From positions 13,249 through 77,248 of IMG/VR virus record IMGVR_UViG_3300003323_000915: a DNA stretch of 64,000 nucleotides, one strand, 5' to 3'. This document shows positions 27,170 through 36,677 of the stretch, piece by piece. Under the pieces are notes generated by a model. It did no database searches. It worked only from the letters and a program-made list of their open reading frames with translations, and was not told the origin of the DNA. Made by a program: the position numbers and the translations under genes. Numbering within the stretch: position 1 is the stretch's first letter; every line of letters begins with the position of its first letter. Source of the stretch: a virus.

Positions 27170-27787
27170 TTAAAAAGGTAAGTCCGGATCTTCAAAATAA
27201 ATAACACTCGGCTTTGTAACAACGACAGTTTCCCAGGTGAATATAGTTTTTATTCTCCTTTTAAAACGTAACCATCTCCATCTGAATCTTTGGTAAAGGT
27301 CACTCTTAATGTTATTAAAATAATCTATACACTGAGGCTTGTCATATATACAGTAAAGCATCAAAAGAGCAAACCATCCAATCGGTGATTCTTCATGCTC
27401 GATATATCCATTAATTAGCGGTAAGCCTTTTGAAATTTCCGGCCATGGGTTATTTACTTTATTTAACCGCCGCAACGGACGATGAAATACGTATCGACCA
27501 AATCTTATCCGAGAAAGACAAACCCATATAGGGAGGCGATACCATCCACCGAAGCAATGCCAACAAGTATCCCAATCGTAAGCCTTGTAAGGATATGTAT
27601 TGCTGTATCGAGCATGAAGACCAGAACCGCCACAAGATCTACATTTTTTACCATCAATCTTTTGCAGATCATAACCGACACACTCTCCGTATCGGGATAA
27701 AACTTTATCCTTGATGGAATAAAATGCATGCGCCTTAGTGGACCGATTAGCATGATGCAAAAGCCAAGAAAGAATAATTTTTTTCAT
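27170..27787 (-). CDS. Hypothetical protein with DnaJ-type CxxCxGxG motifs
   Basis: CRSCGGSG...CWHC; ends DPDLPF. Confidence 0.6.
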   Translation of the reverse strand: MKKIILSWLLHHANRSTKAHAFYSIKDKVLSRYGECVGYDLQKIDGKKCRSCGGSGLHARYSNTYPYKAYDWDTCWHCFGGWYRLPIWVCLSRIRFGRYVFHRPLRRLNKVNNPWPEISKGLPLINGYIEHEESPIGWFALLMLYCIYDKPQCIDYFNNIKSDLYQRFRWRWLRFKRRIKTIFTWETVVVTKPSVIYFEDPDLPF

Positions 27788-28023
27788 TTTGAAAAATCAT
27801 TATTCCCAACAATCTCGTTATACACACTCATGCAACCTTGTCGGTAACCCCAAGTATATATTCCATTGTACAAATCACAATAATTTTTTGCCATTCGCTT
27901 AGTCCAGAAAATCCCAGCCTTTTCACCGTTAAGCGTTTCGATATACCAAAACAGTATTCCTTTTTTAAGGATGTACTTCATCGGCTCATGCTTGATGATG
28001 TAGTCGAGTCGTTGTTGGTTCAT
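27784..28023 (-). CDS. Hypothetical protein
   Basis: Coupled ORF. Confidence 0.5.
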   Translation of the reverse strand: MNQQRLDYIIKHEPMKYILKKGILFWYIETLNGEKAGIFWTKRMAKNYCDLYNGIYTWGYRQGCMSVYNEIVGNNDFSK

Positions 28024-28205
28024 ACATTCTCAATTTTAAGTTCATGCGGCATCAACTCATGGATTTTACCATCTTCATCTTTAATCTCAAACCGAGCCCC
28101 AAGTGAATTGTCGGCTCCTCGCTTGTATCTCACATTGACGATCACGCCGATTACCTGTGTTGATTTAATGGTGGCTGTTTTGCCTTTGTAGTTTTCGAAG
28201 TTCAT
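28020..28205 (-). CDS. Small SH3/KOW-like hypothetical protein
   Basis: Beta-rich 61-aa ORF. Confidence 0.5.
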   Translation of the reverse strand: MNFENYKGKTATIKSTQVIGVIVNVRYKRGADNSLGARFEIKDEDGKIHELMPHELKIENV

Positions 28206-28206
28206 A

Positions 28207-28428
28207 TTATTTTTCGTCGAAGGTGAAACAAACAGTTTGACGTTCGTGATTATTGAAAACAAATTTTTGGTTCGGCAGCACATGCATGATGTATCCAGAT
28301 GTAAATTCAACTGGTTCGTCATGGTCATCCACATCAACAACAATATTGTCGCTGAATTTAAATAGCACCTTCACTGGGATGTTAACGATGGCTATTTCGT
28401 TATGAATCGGAGGTCCAACTTTTTTCAT
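28207..28428 (-). CDS. Hypothetical protein
   Basis: ORF in the operon. Confidence 0.5.
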   Translation of the reverse strand: MKKVGPPIHNEIAIVNIPVKVLFKFSDNIVVDVDDHDEPVEFTSGYIMHVLPNQKFVFNNHERQTVCFTFDEK

Positions 28429-28430
28429 AA

Positions 28431-28664
28431 TTAATTATAAAAAGCCATTTCCATCACCAGATATTTACTGGATTGATTTTTATTCTTCTCTATCCATGCC
28501 TCACAAGCTTGGAAAGCCAAGATGAGCTCAGAGTCATCGACCGGATCAAATGGTGCGGAGTACAGGATATTCCAACATGGCTTCGTTGCGGCCTTCGGCG
28601 GAAAAACTGACAATAAAATATCAGATTCTTTCTCATACTCCACTACACAATATTTCCACTCCAT
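28431..28664 (-). CDS. Hypothetical protein
   Basis: ORF in the operon. Confidence 0.5.
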   Translation of the reverse strand: MEWKYCVVEYEKESDILLSVFPPKAATKPCWNILYSAPFDPVDDSELILAFQACEAWIEKNKNQSSKYLVMEMAFYN

Positions 28665-28712
28665 ATTCGCAATTTTAAAACATTAACAAATTTTACTATT
28701 TTTACGAGACTT

Positions 28713-28955
28713 ATGGCAAAGACTAAAGCGAGCAAGCAACCTCAAATTATATCACTCCGGTACCTTTGTGAAAAGGCGGATGTAAAACACTACAAGGTTT
28801 ACAACAATCTTCGCGGTGAATACTCATCCCTTTCCCATGATGAGAAAGCGAAGCTTGCAAATACTTTATTCGATGAGGTGACTCCATTTTTGAATGGTCT
28901 CGGTTATTACATCACCATTGCCAGGATCAAAGATCCAGTTCCAAAGCAGAAGTAG
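28713..28955 (+). CDS. Putative HTH transcriptional regulator
   Basis: ISLRYLCEKADVKHYKVYNNLRG HTH-like segment; isolated counter-oriented gene. Confidence 0.5.
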   Translation: MAKTKASKQPQIISLRYLCEKADVKHYKVYNNLRGEYSSLSHDEKAKLANTLFDEVTPFLNGLGYYITIARIKDPVPKQK

Positions 28956-29490
28956 TCTCATCCTCCATAAACGAATCCTCCTCTTTCTTTTTCTTCTTGT
29001 CTTTTTTCAGGATCGGCTTGTGCTGATTGATTTGCTCTATCGACATTTCCTTTGTGTATTGCGAAAACTCTTCGCCTTCGATAGTAACGCCGACCATCAA
29101 TGAATCTTCCGGATACGGGATAACGAACACCTGCGTCTCTTCTTCCTTATAACCCTGCTCAATCTGCATATCGGCGAACTTCCGATTTGCTTTCAGAACT
29201 TTAAGTCCTTTTGTTGGCGGAATGGTGATATCAAACGGAGCCTCAACATCAGGAGTTCCGCCATTTAAAACCTCCATGAATTTTTCTTTTATGTTTTCCA
29301 GGCGATCGATAGCGCGCGAGGCAAGTGAGGATTGTTTTTCAAGTTCTTGGACTTGCTCCTCTTCAAGTTCAATCTTTTCAGTGTGAATGATAGTCTCAGC
29401 AGCATTATCCTGAATCCATTTTGCAAGATTCTCCGGAGTAAATGTTTGTGGTAAGCAGCGGTGTAGCATAGGTTTAATTGTTTTGTTCAA
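28927..29490 (-). CDS. Conserved Bacteroidota-phage acidic protein
   Basis: 187-aa ORF with a coiled-coil core. Confidence 0.6.
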   Translation of the reverse strand: MNKTIKPMLHRCLPQTFTPENLAKWIQDNAAETIIHTEKIELEEEQVQELEKQSSLASRAIDRLENIKEKFMEVLNGGTPDVEAPFDITIPPTKGLKVLKANRKFADMQIEQGYKEEETQVFVIPYPEDSLMVGVTIEGEEFSQYTKEMSIEQINQHKPILKKDKKKKKEEDSFMEDETTSALELDL

Positions 29491-29683
29491 GTTCTTTTAA
29501 AATTCCATCAACCTCTGCGAACTCTTTCTTAAGGAGATTCCGCAGGCATTGAATTTCTTTCTTTGTTGAATTGCCGCGATAGCCGTTCATTAAGTGGTAT
29601 ATCTTCGTGTACACCGTCGATCCTTTCCCGTTGAATGAGCTTTCAAGTTCGTTTTGAAGGTGCTTTATATTGAATAATCCCAT
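29474..29683 (-). CDS. Putative small HTH-like regulator
   Basis: First gene of the leftward operon; YTKIYHLMNG resembles 28713-28955. Confidence 0.45.
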   Translation of the reverse strand: MGLFNIKHLQNELESSFNGKGSTVYTKIYHLMNGYRGNSTKKEIQCLRNLLKKEFAEVDGILKELEQNN

Positions 29684-29863
29684 GTCTGTCGTTTGATGTC
29701 ACAATTATAGGAATAAAAAGATTATCAAAAAAATTCCTGAAAGAATTTTCAAAATATTTTACGAAAAATTTTGTGAATCGAAATATTCTGTTTTGCTTTG
29801 TATCCACATTAATCGACAGAAGCTGTCAGAAACTAACTGTTACTTTTATGAAAAAATAAAATT

Positions 29864-30709
29864 ATGAGCCAATTAGCAGCATTTGATCAAAAACTCGCTC
29901 AGGCGAAAAACATTAAAGAAGTATTACAGATTCCTGAAGTGAAGGAACGCGCGATAAAGAACTACCAAGCGACAACAGGCAGGACCGACGGAGAGAACAG
30001 ATATGAACAAGAGCGCTTCGCGTATCTTCAATTGATCGTCGACAAGCCGGATCTTGCAAAAGTTGATAAGTTCTACCACTTCGGCGCAATTGTGTATGCA
30101 TTGACTACCGGCCTTTCATTCCGGGATAACAAACTGTATGTCATTCCAAACGGGAACGGATTAAAGATCCAGTCATCACCAGCCGGTAAAAGAGAAATGC
30201 TTGAGATGATGCCTAACGTCAAGAGCGCTCCGCAAGCGGTGCTTGTCATGAAGGGCGACTTGTTTGTACACGACAAGGCTAATCACAAAGTGATAAAGCA
30301 CGAAACAACAGAGAAGTCATCCGAAAGTATGAAGCTTGAAAATATCCGAGCTGCATATCAGCGCATCAATTACAAGGACGGATCATACATCGACACAGTG
30401 GTGTACTATGATGATCTGGTAAAAGCAAAATCAAAAAGCAAAGCAAAGTCTGATCAGTCATTCTGGAACGAGTGGCCTGGGCAGGCATGCGAGAAGGTTG
30501 CTACCAACAGAGCATTCAGGTTGTATCACAAATATCCAGATAACGTTGTACTAATCGGGAACATGGAATCAACTGGCGAGGATGAATCGACTGAGTATGC
30601 TCAAGTGATTGATGAGCCTGTTAATAAAGGACAGACAAGAACAGAGCAAGTCGATGAGTCTACCGGCGAAATAACACAGTCTTCAGAAGACCAAGAATCA
30701 TTCATGTAA
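29864..30709 (+). CDS. recT: RecT/Red-beta-like single-strand annealing protein
   Basis: ALTTGLSF...LYVIP...AG...VMKGDLF...AAY...CEKVA pattern; acidic tail (VDESTGEI). Confidence 0.65.
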   Translation: MSQLAAFDQKLAQAKNIKEVLQIPEVKERAIKNYQATTGRTDGENRYEQERFAYLQLIVDKPDLAKVDKFYHFGAIVYALTTGLSFRDNKLYVIPNGNGLKIQSSPAGKREMLEMMPNVKSAPQAVLVMKGDLFVHDKANHKVIKHETTEKSSESMKLENIRAAYQRINYKDGSYIDTVVYYDDLVKAKSKSKAKSDQSFWNEWPGQACEKVATNRAFRLYHKYPDNVVLIGNMESTGEDESTEYAQVIDEPVNKGQTRTEQVDESTGEITQSSEDQESFM

Positions 30710-30894
30710 TGGAAGAGTTCATCAACCTTGTCCTTCAGATGCGTAACGCGCAGAAAGAATATTTCTTGGCACGTAAGAAAAAAGACGACCGCAAGTCAGC
30801 AATTGCTCTCGTCGACAGTAAGAGCTTTGAGCGACAGGTTGATGACTTCATCGAGAAGTACAAATCGGACAAAAGACAAGCTAAACTTTTTTGA
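30709..30894 (+). CDS. Conserved small phage protein
   Basis: MRNAQKEYF...SKSFERQVD; ends QAKLF. Confidence 0.65.
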   Translation: MEEFINLVLQMRNAQKEYFLARKKKDDRKSAIALVDSKSFERQVDDFIEKYKSDKRQAKLF

Positions 30895-30895
30895 T

Positions 30896-31108
30896 ATGCA
30901 CTTCGAAAACGCATCCAAGGAGTCATGGGTATTATGGCAAAACTCAATGGATAATGAAGACGAGATGCCAGGAGAGCCAGCACTTCTTATTGAGAAATAC
31001 AACGATATTATATCGATTCGTCAGGAAGACCGCTACATCAACATTAATCTCGAAATGATCGATGAATTGTGTAAGCGATTGAAGCAGATCAACAAAGGTT
31101 CGTTATAA
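30896..31108 (+). CDS. Hypothetical protein
   Basis: ATG at 30896. Confidence 0.5.
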   Translation: MHFENASKESWVLWQNSMDNEDEMPGEPALLIEKYNDIISIRQEDRYININLEMIDELCKRLKQINKGSL

Positions 31109-31142
31109 CCTACAGAGAGGCGTTACTTAAACTTTATAACTC

Positions 31143-31553
31143 ATGAACATTCATGATAAGATAAAAGCTGGCGACGATGGTAAATGGCATGTCAGATTTG
31201 AACACACTACTATAGATAAGAATGAACGCAATTTTGGCACAGGTACTACAATATTTTGGCAAACATACCAAAGTGGTTGGGATGCTGTTGAAGGGCTGAT
31301 TAAATATTGCACAGATAAAGACATTCATTTTTCTGATTTCGACCGCGAAGCTTGGTCTAGATACTACTCAGATTATGACAAGTTATTAAGCAGGCAGTCA
31401 ACAATGCAGGAGATGTTGCACGCATTGAAGGATTGCTATATGACGATGTACGGCGGTAACTCTATAAATATCGAAGACGCTATTCGTAGAGCCAAACATG
31501 CAGATGATTTTGAGAACAGGATTATTTCAGTGATTAAAAAAGCAACAGAATGA
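31143..31553 (+). CDS. Hypothetical protein
   Basis: 136-aa ORF. Confidence 0.55.
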   Translation: MNIHDKIKAGDDGKWHVRFEHTTIDKNERNFGTGTTIFWQTYQSGWDAVEGLIKYCTDKDIHFSDFDREAWSRYYSDYDKLLSRQSTMQEMLHALKDCYMTMYGGNSINIEDAIRRAKHADDFENRIISVIKKATE

Positions 31554-31578
31554 CCACCACAGACGAATAATACAAAAC

Positions 31579-31839
31579 ATGACAAACAAAAAATATTTTA
31601 AGATCGCATTTACCATTATCCTGACATTTTCAGCGATAATTATGATGTCATTTGTTGCTGATAGCATGCATGAATTTCTTGGAGACTGGCATTGTAATGG
31701 TGCGGGATGTCATTCTGGATCTGGCGCGCATGATGCAACGTGGCATTGGGGATGGCGGCACTGGATGTTTTTTACATGTGGCTTTTGCCTCTTTATTTTA
31801 AATGTTGTTCGTGTTATAATAATTGCAGACGAAAAATGA
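31579..31839 (+). CDS. Two-TM membrane protein
   Basis: GDWHC...WHWGWRHW between two TM segments. Confidence 0.6.
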   Translation: MTNKKYFKIAFTIILTFSAIIMMSFVADSMHEFLGDWHCNGAGCHSGSGAHDATWHWGWRHWMFFTCGFCLFILNVVRVIIIADEK

Positions 31840-32054
31840 TCAACAAAAAATTCACCGACAGCACCACTGTACGAGAAGCTTGGTATTACCCTGAGAACAA
31901 AGAACTCATTGTTGAGTTCACAACAGGGAAGCGTTACAGCTACGCTGGCGTGCCTGAAGAAATCTGGAACGGATTTATTTCGGCCGCATCCGCTGGAGTT
32001 TACCTATCAAATAAAGTTAAAGGTCAGTATCCGTATAAACTTGTAACAGAATGA
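31836..32054 (+). CDS. KTSC-domain protein
   Basis: ELIVEFTTGKRYSYAGVP...FISAASAGVYL. Confidence 0.85.
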   Translation: MINKKFTDSTTVREAWYYPENKELIVEFTTGKRYSYAGVPEEIWNGFISAASAGVYLSNKVKGQYPYKLVTE

Positions 32055-32338
32055 TGAGCGATCAACAGGCAGCTGCGATGGAGTTCATTAAGCCAGGCTC
32101 TAGTGTGCCCTTTGAGATCAAGATGGATATATTCGCAAAAATATGCAATGATACTAAACGAGCAAGCTTTTACATTACCAAAAATGTAAGAACTCGCAAG
32201 TGGAGAATCCATTTAAGCGGCATCCATAAGGATTTTATAGGAACTGACCTTGTAGCATTGCTTGATGAAGCTGGTCAGTATGTTGTTGATAACACAAAAG
32301 AATCAGAATCACATAATATTTTAATGCCACAAAAATGA
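32051..32338 (+). CDS. Hypothetical protein
   Basis: Coupled ORF. Confidence 0.55.
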   Translation: MMSDQQAAAMEFIKPGSSVPFEIKMDIFAKICNDTKRASFYITKNVRTRKWRIHLSGIHKDFIGTDLVALLDEAGQYVVDNTKESESHNILMPQK

Positions 32339-33558
32339 TCGAAGAAATAACTCTCCCCGTAAAACTCGAACCGATCCTGAAGCAAATCCAGGATAACGTT
32401 CCGTCCATGATCAAAGGCCGCGACGCGGCAGTTGGCGCGATGGAGAAAATCGTTGATGTGAACGACGATAACATTGAAGAAGCAAATAAATTATTAATCC
32501 GGGTTGACGCCACGTATCAGAAGATATACAACATCCGAACAGGAATCACTAAGTCTTTCGATGATGCCAAGGAATTTCTAATGCAGTTCGAAAAAGATCT
32601 TAGTAAGGATAGCAAGTCGAATCATGTACACCGAATCAGGTCTCTTATCGGTGCACATAATCAGAAAAAAATCGACGAAAATAAGCGCGTTCAGGAGCAA
32701 GCACGCATCCAGAAGGGAAAAGAAAACTATAAAGCGGAAATTATCGCTCGGATAAAGAAAAATCTCGCCGACATGGTCATCGAGCGCGTGCGAAAAGTAC
32801 AGGATGGCAGCCGGGATTACTTCAACGCATGCACACTTGATGATTTTGATAAGCGTGCGCAGGTTTTTAAGAGCAATCAGCCAAAATTGAAGACTGAAGA
32901 GTGGTCAAAATGCTTCATGACTGAGATAAACAAGTCTTTGATCACTGATGAAGCGTACGCTGAGCTTTGTCTTGAGCTTCAAAAAGAAGAGACGTACGAA
33001 AAATGGAATGAAACTGTGATCACAGCCATCATGCCGAAAATAAACGAGTGGATCGGGCGAATTCCGGAACTTAAAGACAAGCTTATTGCACTGAAAAACG
33101 CTTCCGATGAAGAAGCGAAGAAGAAATTACTTGCAGAACAGGAGACGAAGGCAAAAAAAGAAGATGAAGAACGTCAGCTTGAGCTCAACGAGATGAAAAA
33201 ATTGAGCGACGAACAAATTGAGCGCGACAAAGAGGTTGAAAAGCTACAAAACGACTTCCGTGAGCAAGCTGTGACGCAAAAACTGGAAGATGCCGGTCCG
33301 GTGAAGCTGCTTTTGAAGTTTAAAGACGAAAAACCAGTGAAGGCGATCACTGAAATGGTGTATCACTGCTTCATGAACGAAAAATTCCCACCGATACAGA
33401 AAAAGAACAAGGCCGGCGAGCTTCAATTTGACGAGCACGGATTCCCGATTTACGTGGACTGGGTTGATACGCTTGTGAAGTTTTTTGTGAAGTATTGTGA
33501 CACTGGAATCAACGGAATTGAGCTTAAGGAAGTGTCACGTGTAATCGTTCGAAAATGA
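32335..33558 (+). CDS. Long coiled-coil protein in the recombination module
   Basis: 407 aa, Lys/Glu-rich helical. Confidence 0.7.
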   Translation: MIEEITLPVKLEPILKQIQDNVPSMIKGRDAAVGAMEKIVDVNDDNIEEANKLLIRVDATYQKIYNIRTGITKSFDDAKEFLMQFEKDLSKDSKSNHVHRIRSLIGAHNQKKIDENKRVQEQARIQKGKENYKAEIIARIKKNLADMVIERVRKVQDGSRDYFNACTLDDFDKRAQVFKSNQPKLKTEEWSKCFMTEINKSLITDEAYAELCLELQKEETYEKWNETVITAIMPKINEWIGRIPELKDKLIALKNASDEEAKKKLLAEQETKAKKEDEERQLELNEMKKLSDEQIERDKEVEKLQNDFREQAVTQKLEDAGPVKLLLKFKDEKPVKAITEMVYHCFMNEKFPPIQKKNKAGELQFDEHGFPIYVDWVDTLVKFFVKYCDTGINGIELKEVSRVIVRK

Positions 33559-33770
33559 TAACCAATGACACCACGGAACTTATCGACACTCATAGATATG
33601 AATTGGAATATGTATACGATAAGGATGTATGGACCGTACCTGTTGTACTAACCACTGAAAGAAGAGAAAAGATGTTAAATGACAATTCAATAAGCAGGGT
33701 TAGGTTTACCCCTATTTTGAGGTATGACGGACTTTTAAGTTTTACGTTTAATCACGCTGATTTAGTGTAA
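33555..33770 (+). CDS. Hypothetical protein
   Basis: Coupled ORF. Confidence 0.45.
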   Translation: MITNDTTELIDTHRYELEYVYDKDVWTVPVVLTTERREKMLNDNSISRVRFTPILRYDGLLSFTFNHADLV

Positions 33771-33771
33771 A

Positions 33772-34368
33772 ATGACCTACTTCGATCATCAATACGTATC
33801 CAACTCCGATCTTAAGGCTATCATCCACAAGACAGAACAGGTACGTGCTGAGCCGGAGAATTTGAAGGATATTTTTGAAGCCGGAACGCTAAATCACCAC
33901 GCGCTTCTTGAGCCACATAAGGCAGACAAAACTCACATTGGATATGTGACGGCAAAGCGAATGGCAGATACGGTTTTGCGAGATGAGATGTGCCGAAAGC
34001 TGATAATGATGCCCGACTTTCGTAGAGAGCACGAATGGTACAAGAAAGATATTTTCGGTTTAGAAGGAGCCAGGTGTAAGACAGATGGAGATAGCAGAAT
34101 GATGTCTACCATCTTCGAGTACAAGGGGCTTTCAATCACAACCGAAAATGGATTTGACAGCGCGATTGAAAATCATGACTACGACCAGTCGGCGTTTTTT
34201 TACTTGAACGTTGTAGGATATAAAAATTACCTCATAGTAGGGGTATCTAAGAAGTCTCCTGATAAATTATTCAAGAGACTCATCGATCGTGATCATCGAT
34301 GGTATTCATCCGGCGGAATAAAGACCGAGAAGGCGATTAAAGCTTGGAAAAATTTTGGATTTGTTTAA
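33772..34368 (+). CDS. PD-(D/E)xK exonuclease (RecE/DUF3799-like)
   Basis: VSNSDLK, GTLNHHALLEP, ARCKTD...FEYK, YDQSAFFY. Confidence 0.75.
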   Translation: MTYFDHQYVSNSDLKAIIHKTEQVRAEPENLKDIFEAGTLNHHALLEPHKADKTHIGYVTAKRMADTVLRDEMCRKLIMMPDFRREHEWYKKDIFGLEGARCKTDGDSRMMSTIFEYKGLSITTENGFDSAIENHDYDQSAFFYLNVVGYKNYLIVGVSKKSPDKLFKRLIDRDHRWYSSGGIKTEKAIKAWKNFGFV

Positions 34369-34380
34369 AAAATAAAAACT

Positions 34381-34779
34381 ATGAGTTTAGGAATTGGGGC
34401 AATGCTGCATTCACTTGGTGGAGGATCAGCACATTCACCAAATGAATACTACGGAAAAGAAATCAGTGATATCAAAATGGATGATAAGTCTTTGTTTATT
34501 GACTTCACCAATTGTGTAAAGATAAGAATATTCGATGATGGACAATCGTGCTGCGAATCAAGATATATGAGAACTGATGACGATATGAGGTCATTGATTG
34601 GCAAGACGCTTGTTTCTATTGAAACTAAAGATGCGCCTGACATCGAGGATGAATACGGAGTACACCAAGTAGTTTTTCTTGAAATAAGAACCAACGATGG
34701 ATGGATTACAATATCAAACCACAATGAACATAATGGTTATTATGGTGGATTTGGACTTTCAATTGAAGAAATAAAATAA
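34381..34779 (+). CDS. Conserved phage hypothetical protein
   Basis: QSCCESRY...NEHNGYYGG. Confidence 0.65.
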   Translation: MSLGIGAMLHSLGGGSAHSPNEYYGKEISDIKMDDKSLFIDFTNCVKIRIFDDGQSCCESRYMRTDDDMRSLIGKTLVSIETKDAPDIEDEYGVHQVVFLEIRTNDGWITISNHNEHNGYYGGFGLSIEEIK

Positions 34780-34784
34780 AAAAT

Positions 34785-35063
34785 ATGATAACACTGAAAA
34801 TTGATGTAATGAAGATTGACAAGACCAAGCTGTTCGAAGGAAAGAATGGCGCAAAGTACCTTGATCTTGTTATAATGGATAGTAAGAATGACAAATACGG
34901 TAACGACTACATGGTTGTTCAGGCTGTCAGTAAAGAAGACCAGGAGAAAGGTGTAAGAGGAAACATTCTTGGCAACGGCAAAAATGTTGGGACGAAGTCA
35001 AGCGGACAATCGTCAGAACAATCATCAAGCAGTAGTTCAAACATTGATGAATTGCCATTCTGA
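34785..35063 (+). CDS. Putative phage single-stranded DNA-binding protein
   Basis: IDVMKIDK...GAKYLD...ILGNGK, Ser-rich linker, DELPF tip. Confidence 0.7.
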   Translation: MITLKIDVMKIDKTKLFEGKNGAKYLDLVIMDSKNDKYGNDYMVVQAVSKEDQEKGVRGNILGNGKNVGTKSSGQSSEQSSSSSSNIDELPF

Positions 35064-35066
35064 CCT

Positions 35067-35486
35067 ATGACAGTATTCTGCGCAGGAACATTCGATTTAC
35101 TTCATGTCGGACACATCAATCTGCTTTTGTTCTGCCGGCAACAAGCCGGGCACAACGGAAAAGTGATTATGTCGATCGATTCGGACAAGAAAATAAAAAA
35201 AGACAAAGGTGATGATCGTCCGATATTCAAGTACACTGACCGATTACTTGCGCTTGAGTCCATCAGATTAAATAATCTTCGTGTTGTTGATTTGGTGATT
35301 GAGCACCCAAGTAATGAATACTTGCTTGATTCAATCAAGCTATACAAACCGGATGCTATAGTCGTTGGTGGAGATTACCAGGACAAAGAAGTGATCGGTA
35401 GTGGCGTATCAAAAGTTATTTACTATCCGCGAGATTACCGGTTCTCGTCCTCCGGAATCATTGAAGCAATAAAACGAAAACTATGA
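35067..35486 (+). CDS. rfaE2: Heptose-1-phosphate nucleotidyltransferase (HldE/RfaE domain II; HldC-type)
   Basis: GTFDLLHVGH, DSDKKIKKDKGDDRP, KPDAIVVGGDY, FSSS. Confidence 0.85.
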   Translation: MTVFCAGTFDLLHVGHINLLLFCRQQAGHNGKVIMSIDSDKKIKKDKGDDRPIFKYTDRLLALESIRLNNLRVVDLVIEHPSNEYLLDSIKLYKPDAIVVGGDYQDKEVIGSGVSKVIYYPRDYRFSSSGIIEAIKRKL

Positions 35487-36352
35487 TCTTCCAAGAACTA
35501 CTCGAAAAAGCGCCGAAGTTGAAGATCGCCGTAATCGGTGATTACATTATCGACAAATATATTTTCGGATCAGTTGACAGGATCAGCCCGGAGGCTCCCG
35601 TGCCCGTAGTTGTACCGAACAGGACATTCACTCGGCCTGGCGGTGCTGGTAATGTTGTAAAAAATCTTCTCAACATCGGAGTCGATGCATATCTGTTTAC
35701 CACCGGAGATCGGTTCCATGAACTTCCACGGGATGTCGTATTTTATCACCCAGGAGAATTTCCGAAAAAAACGCGAGTGATATCCGGCACGCATCACTTA
35801 CTTAGGATGGACGAGGAATCTGTATTTGATGTGGTGTACGATGACGTGCTTTGGAAAGAAGATTTTGAGGTGATATTGAGATCACTCGATGCTGTTGTTT
35901 TTTCCGACTACCACAAAGGAGTAATCAACCCAACTGTGTCGAATACGATCATAGCCATGTGCAACGAGAAGGGGATACCTGTGATTGTGGATGCTAAGAA
36001 AGATTTTGACAAGTACACGAATGCGACGATATTGAAATGCAATCAGAAGGAGGCACAGAATATCAATCCGATAATCGAGCGATCGAATCTGTGCCTAAAT
36101 TATTTTGTGGTGACATGTGGCGAAAATGGCATTTCATGGTTTACCGACTCCGGTAATGGAGTTGATGGCATCCCGGTAGACATTGTTGACGTCTGTGGTG
36201 CCGGCGACACCGTGACAGCCATACTCGCAGCATCATACGCAGCTGGATTCAATATCCAGAAATCAATTACACTCGCCAATATTGCTGCCGCTGAGACATG
36301 CAAGCATATTGGGGTATATCCGATAACGAAAGAAGACTTATTAAGATTATGA
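35483..36352 (+). CDS. rfaE1: Heptose-7-phosphate kinase (HldE/RfaE domain I, PfkB family; HldA-type)
   Basis: VIGDYIIDKY...RISPEAPVPVV, PGGAGNV, SDYHKG, DVCGAGDTV. Confidence 0.92.
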   Translation: MIFQELLEKAPKLKIAVIGDYIIDKYIFGSVDRISPEAPVPVVVPNRTFTRPGGAGNVVKNLLNIGVDAYLFTTGDRFHELPRDVVFYHPGEFPKKTRVISGTHHLLRMDEESVFDVVYDDVLWKEDFEVILRSLDAVVFSDYHKGVINPTVSNTIIAMCNEKGIPVIVDAKKDFDKYTNATILKCNQKEAQNINPIIERSNLCLNYFVVTCGENGISWFTDSGNGVDGIPVDIVDVCGAGDTVTAILAASYAAGFNIQKSITLANIAAAETCKHIGVYPITKEDLLRL

Positions 36353-36464
36353 GCCATTACAGCATTTTCAAGGAAGGCGATCATGTTGAAGTTAATTCAT
36401 GGCACACAAAAATTTATTTGAAAGGGATTCATGGCAAGTTTAACTCTGTAAGTTTTGAAAAGGT

Positions 36465-36677
36465 ATGAAATACACTCTTGTGACGCATCAATTTTCGCTT
36501 TTCGACTACAACGAAATGCGTCCAAAAGTGAAGGTGCCACTTAAGCGCATCAGTAAGGAACGCATGGAGCAGGCGATGATCGAGCATAAAAAAGGAAAAG
36601 ACGGGAAACTTCTGAATGTGCTGCGCGACATAAACGATTCACTTGAACGATACTGTAATAATAAAAATATAAAATGA
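36465..36677 (+). CDS. Hypothetical protein
   Basis: 70-aa ORF containing QFSLF. Confidence 0.5.
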   Translation: MKYTLVTHQFSLFDYNEMRPKVKVPLKRISKERMEQAMIEHKKGKDGKLLNVLRDINDSLERYCNNKNIK

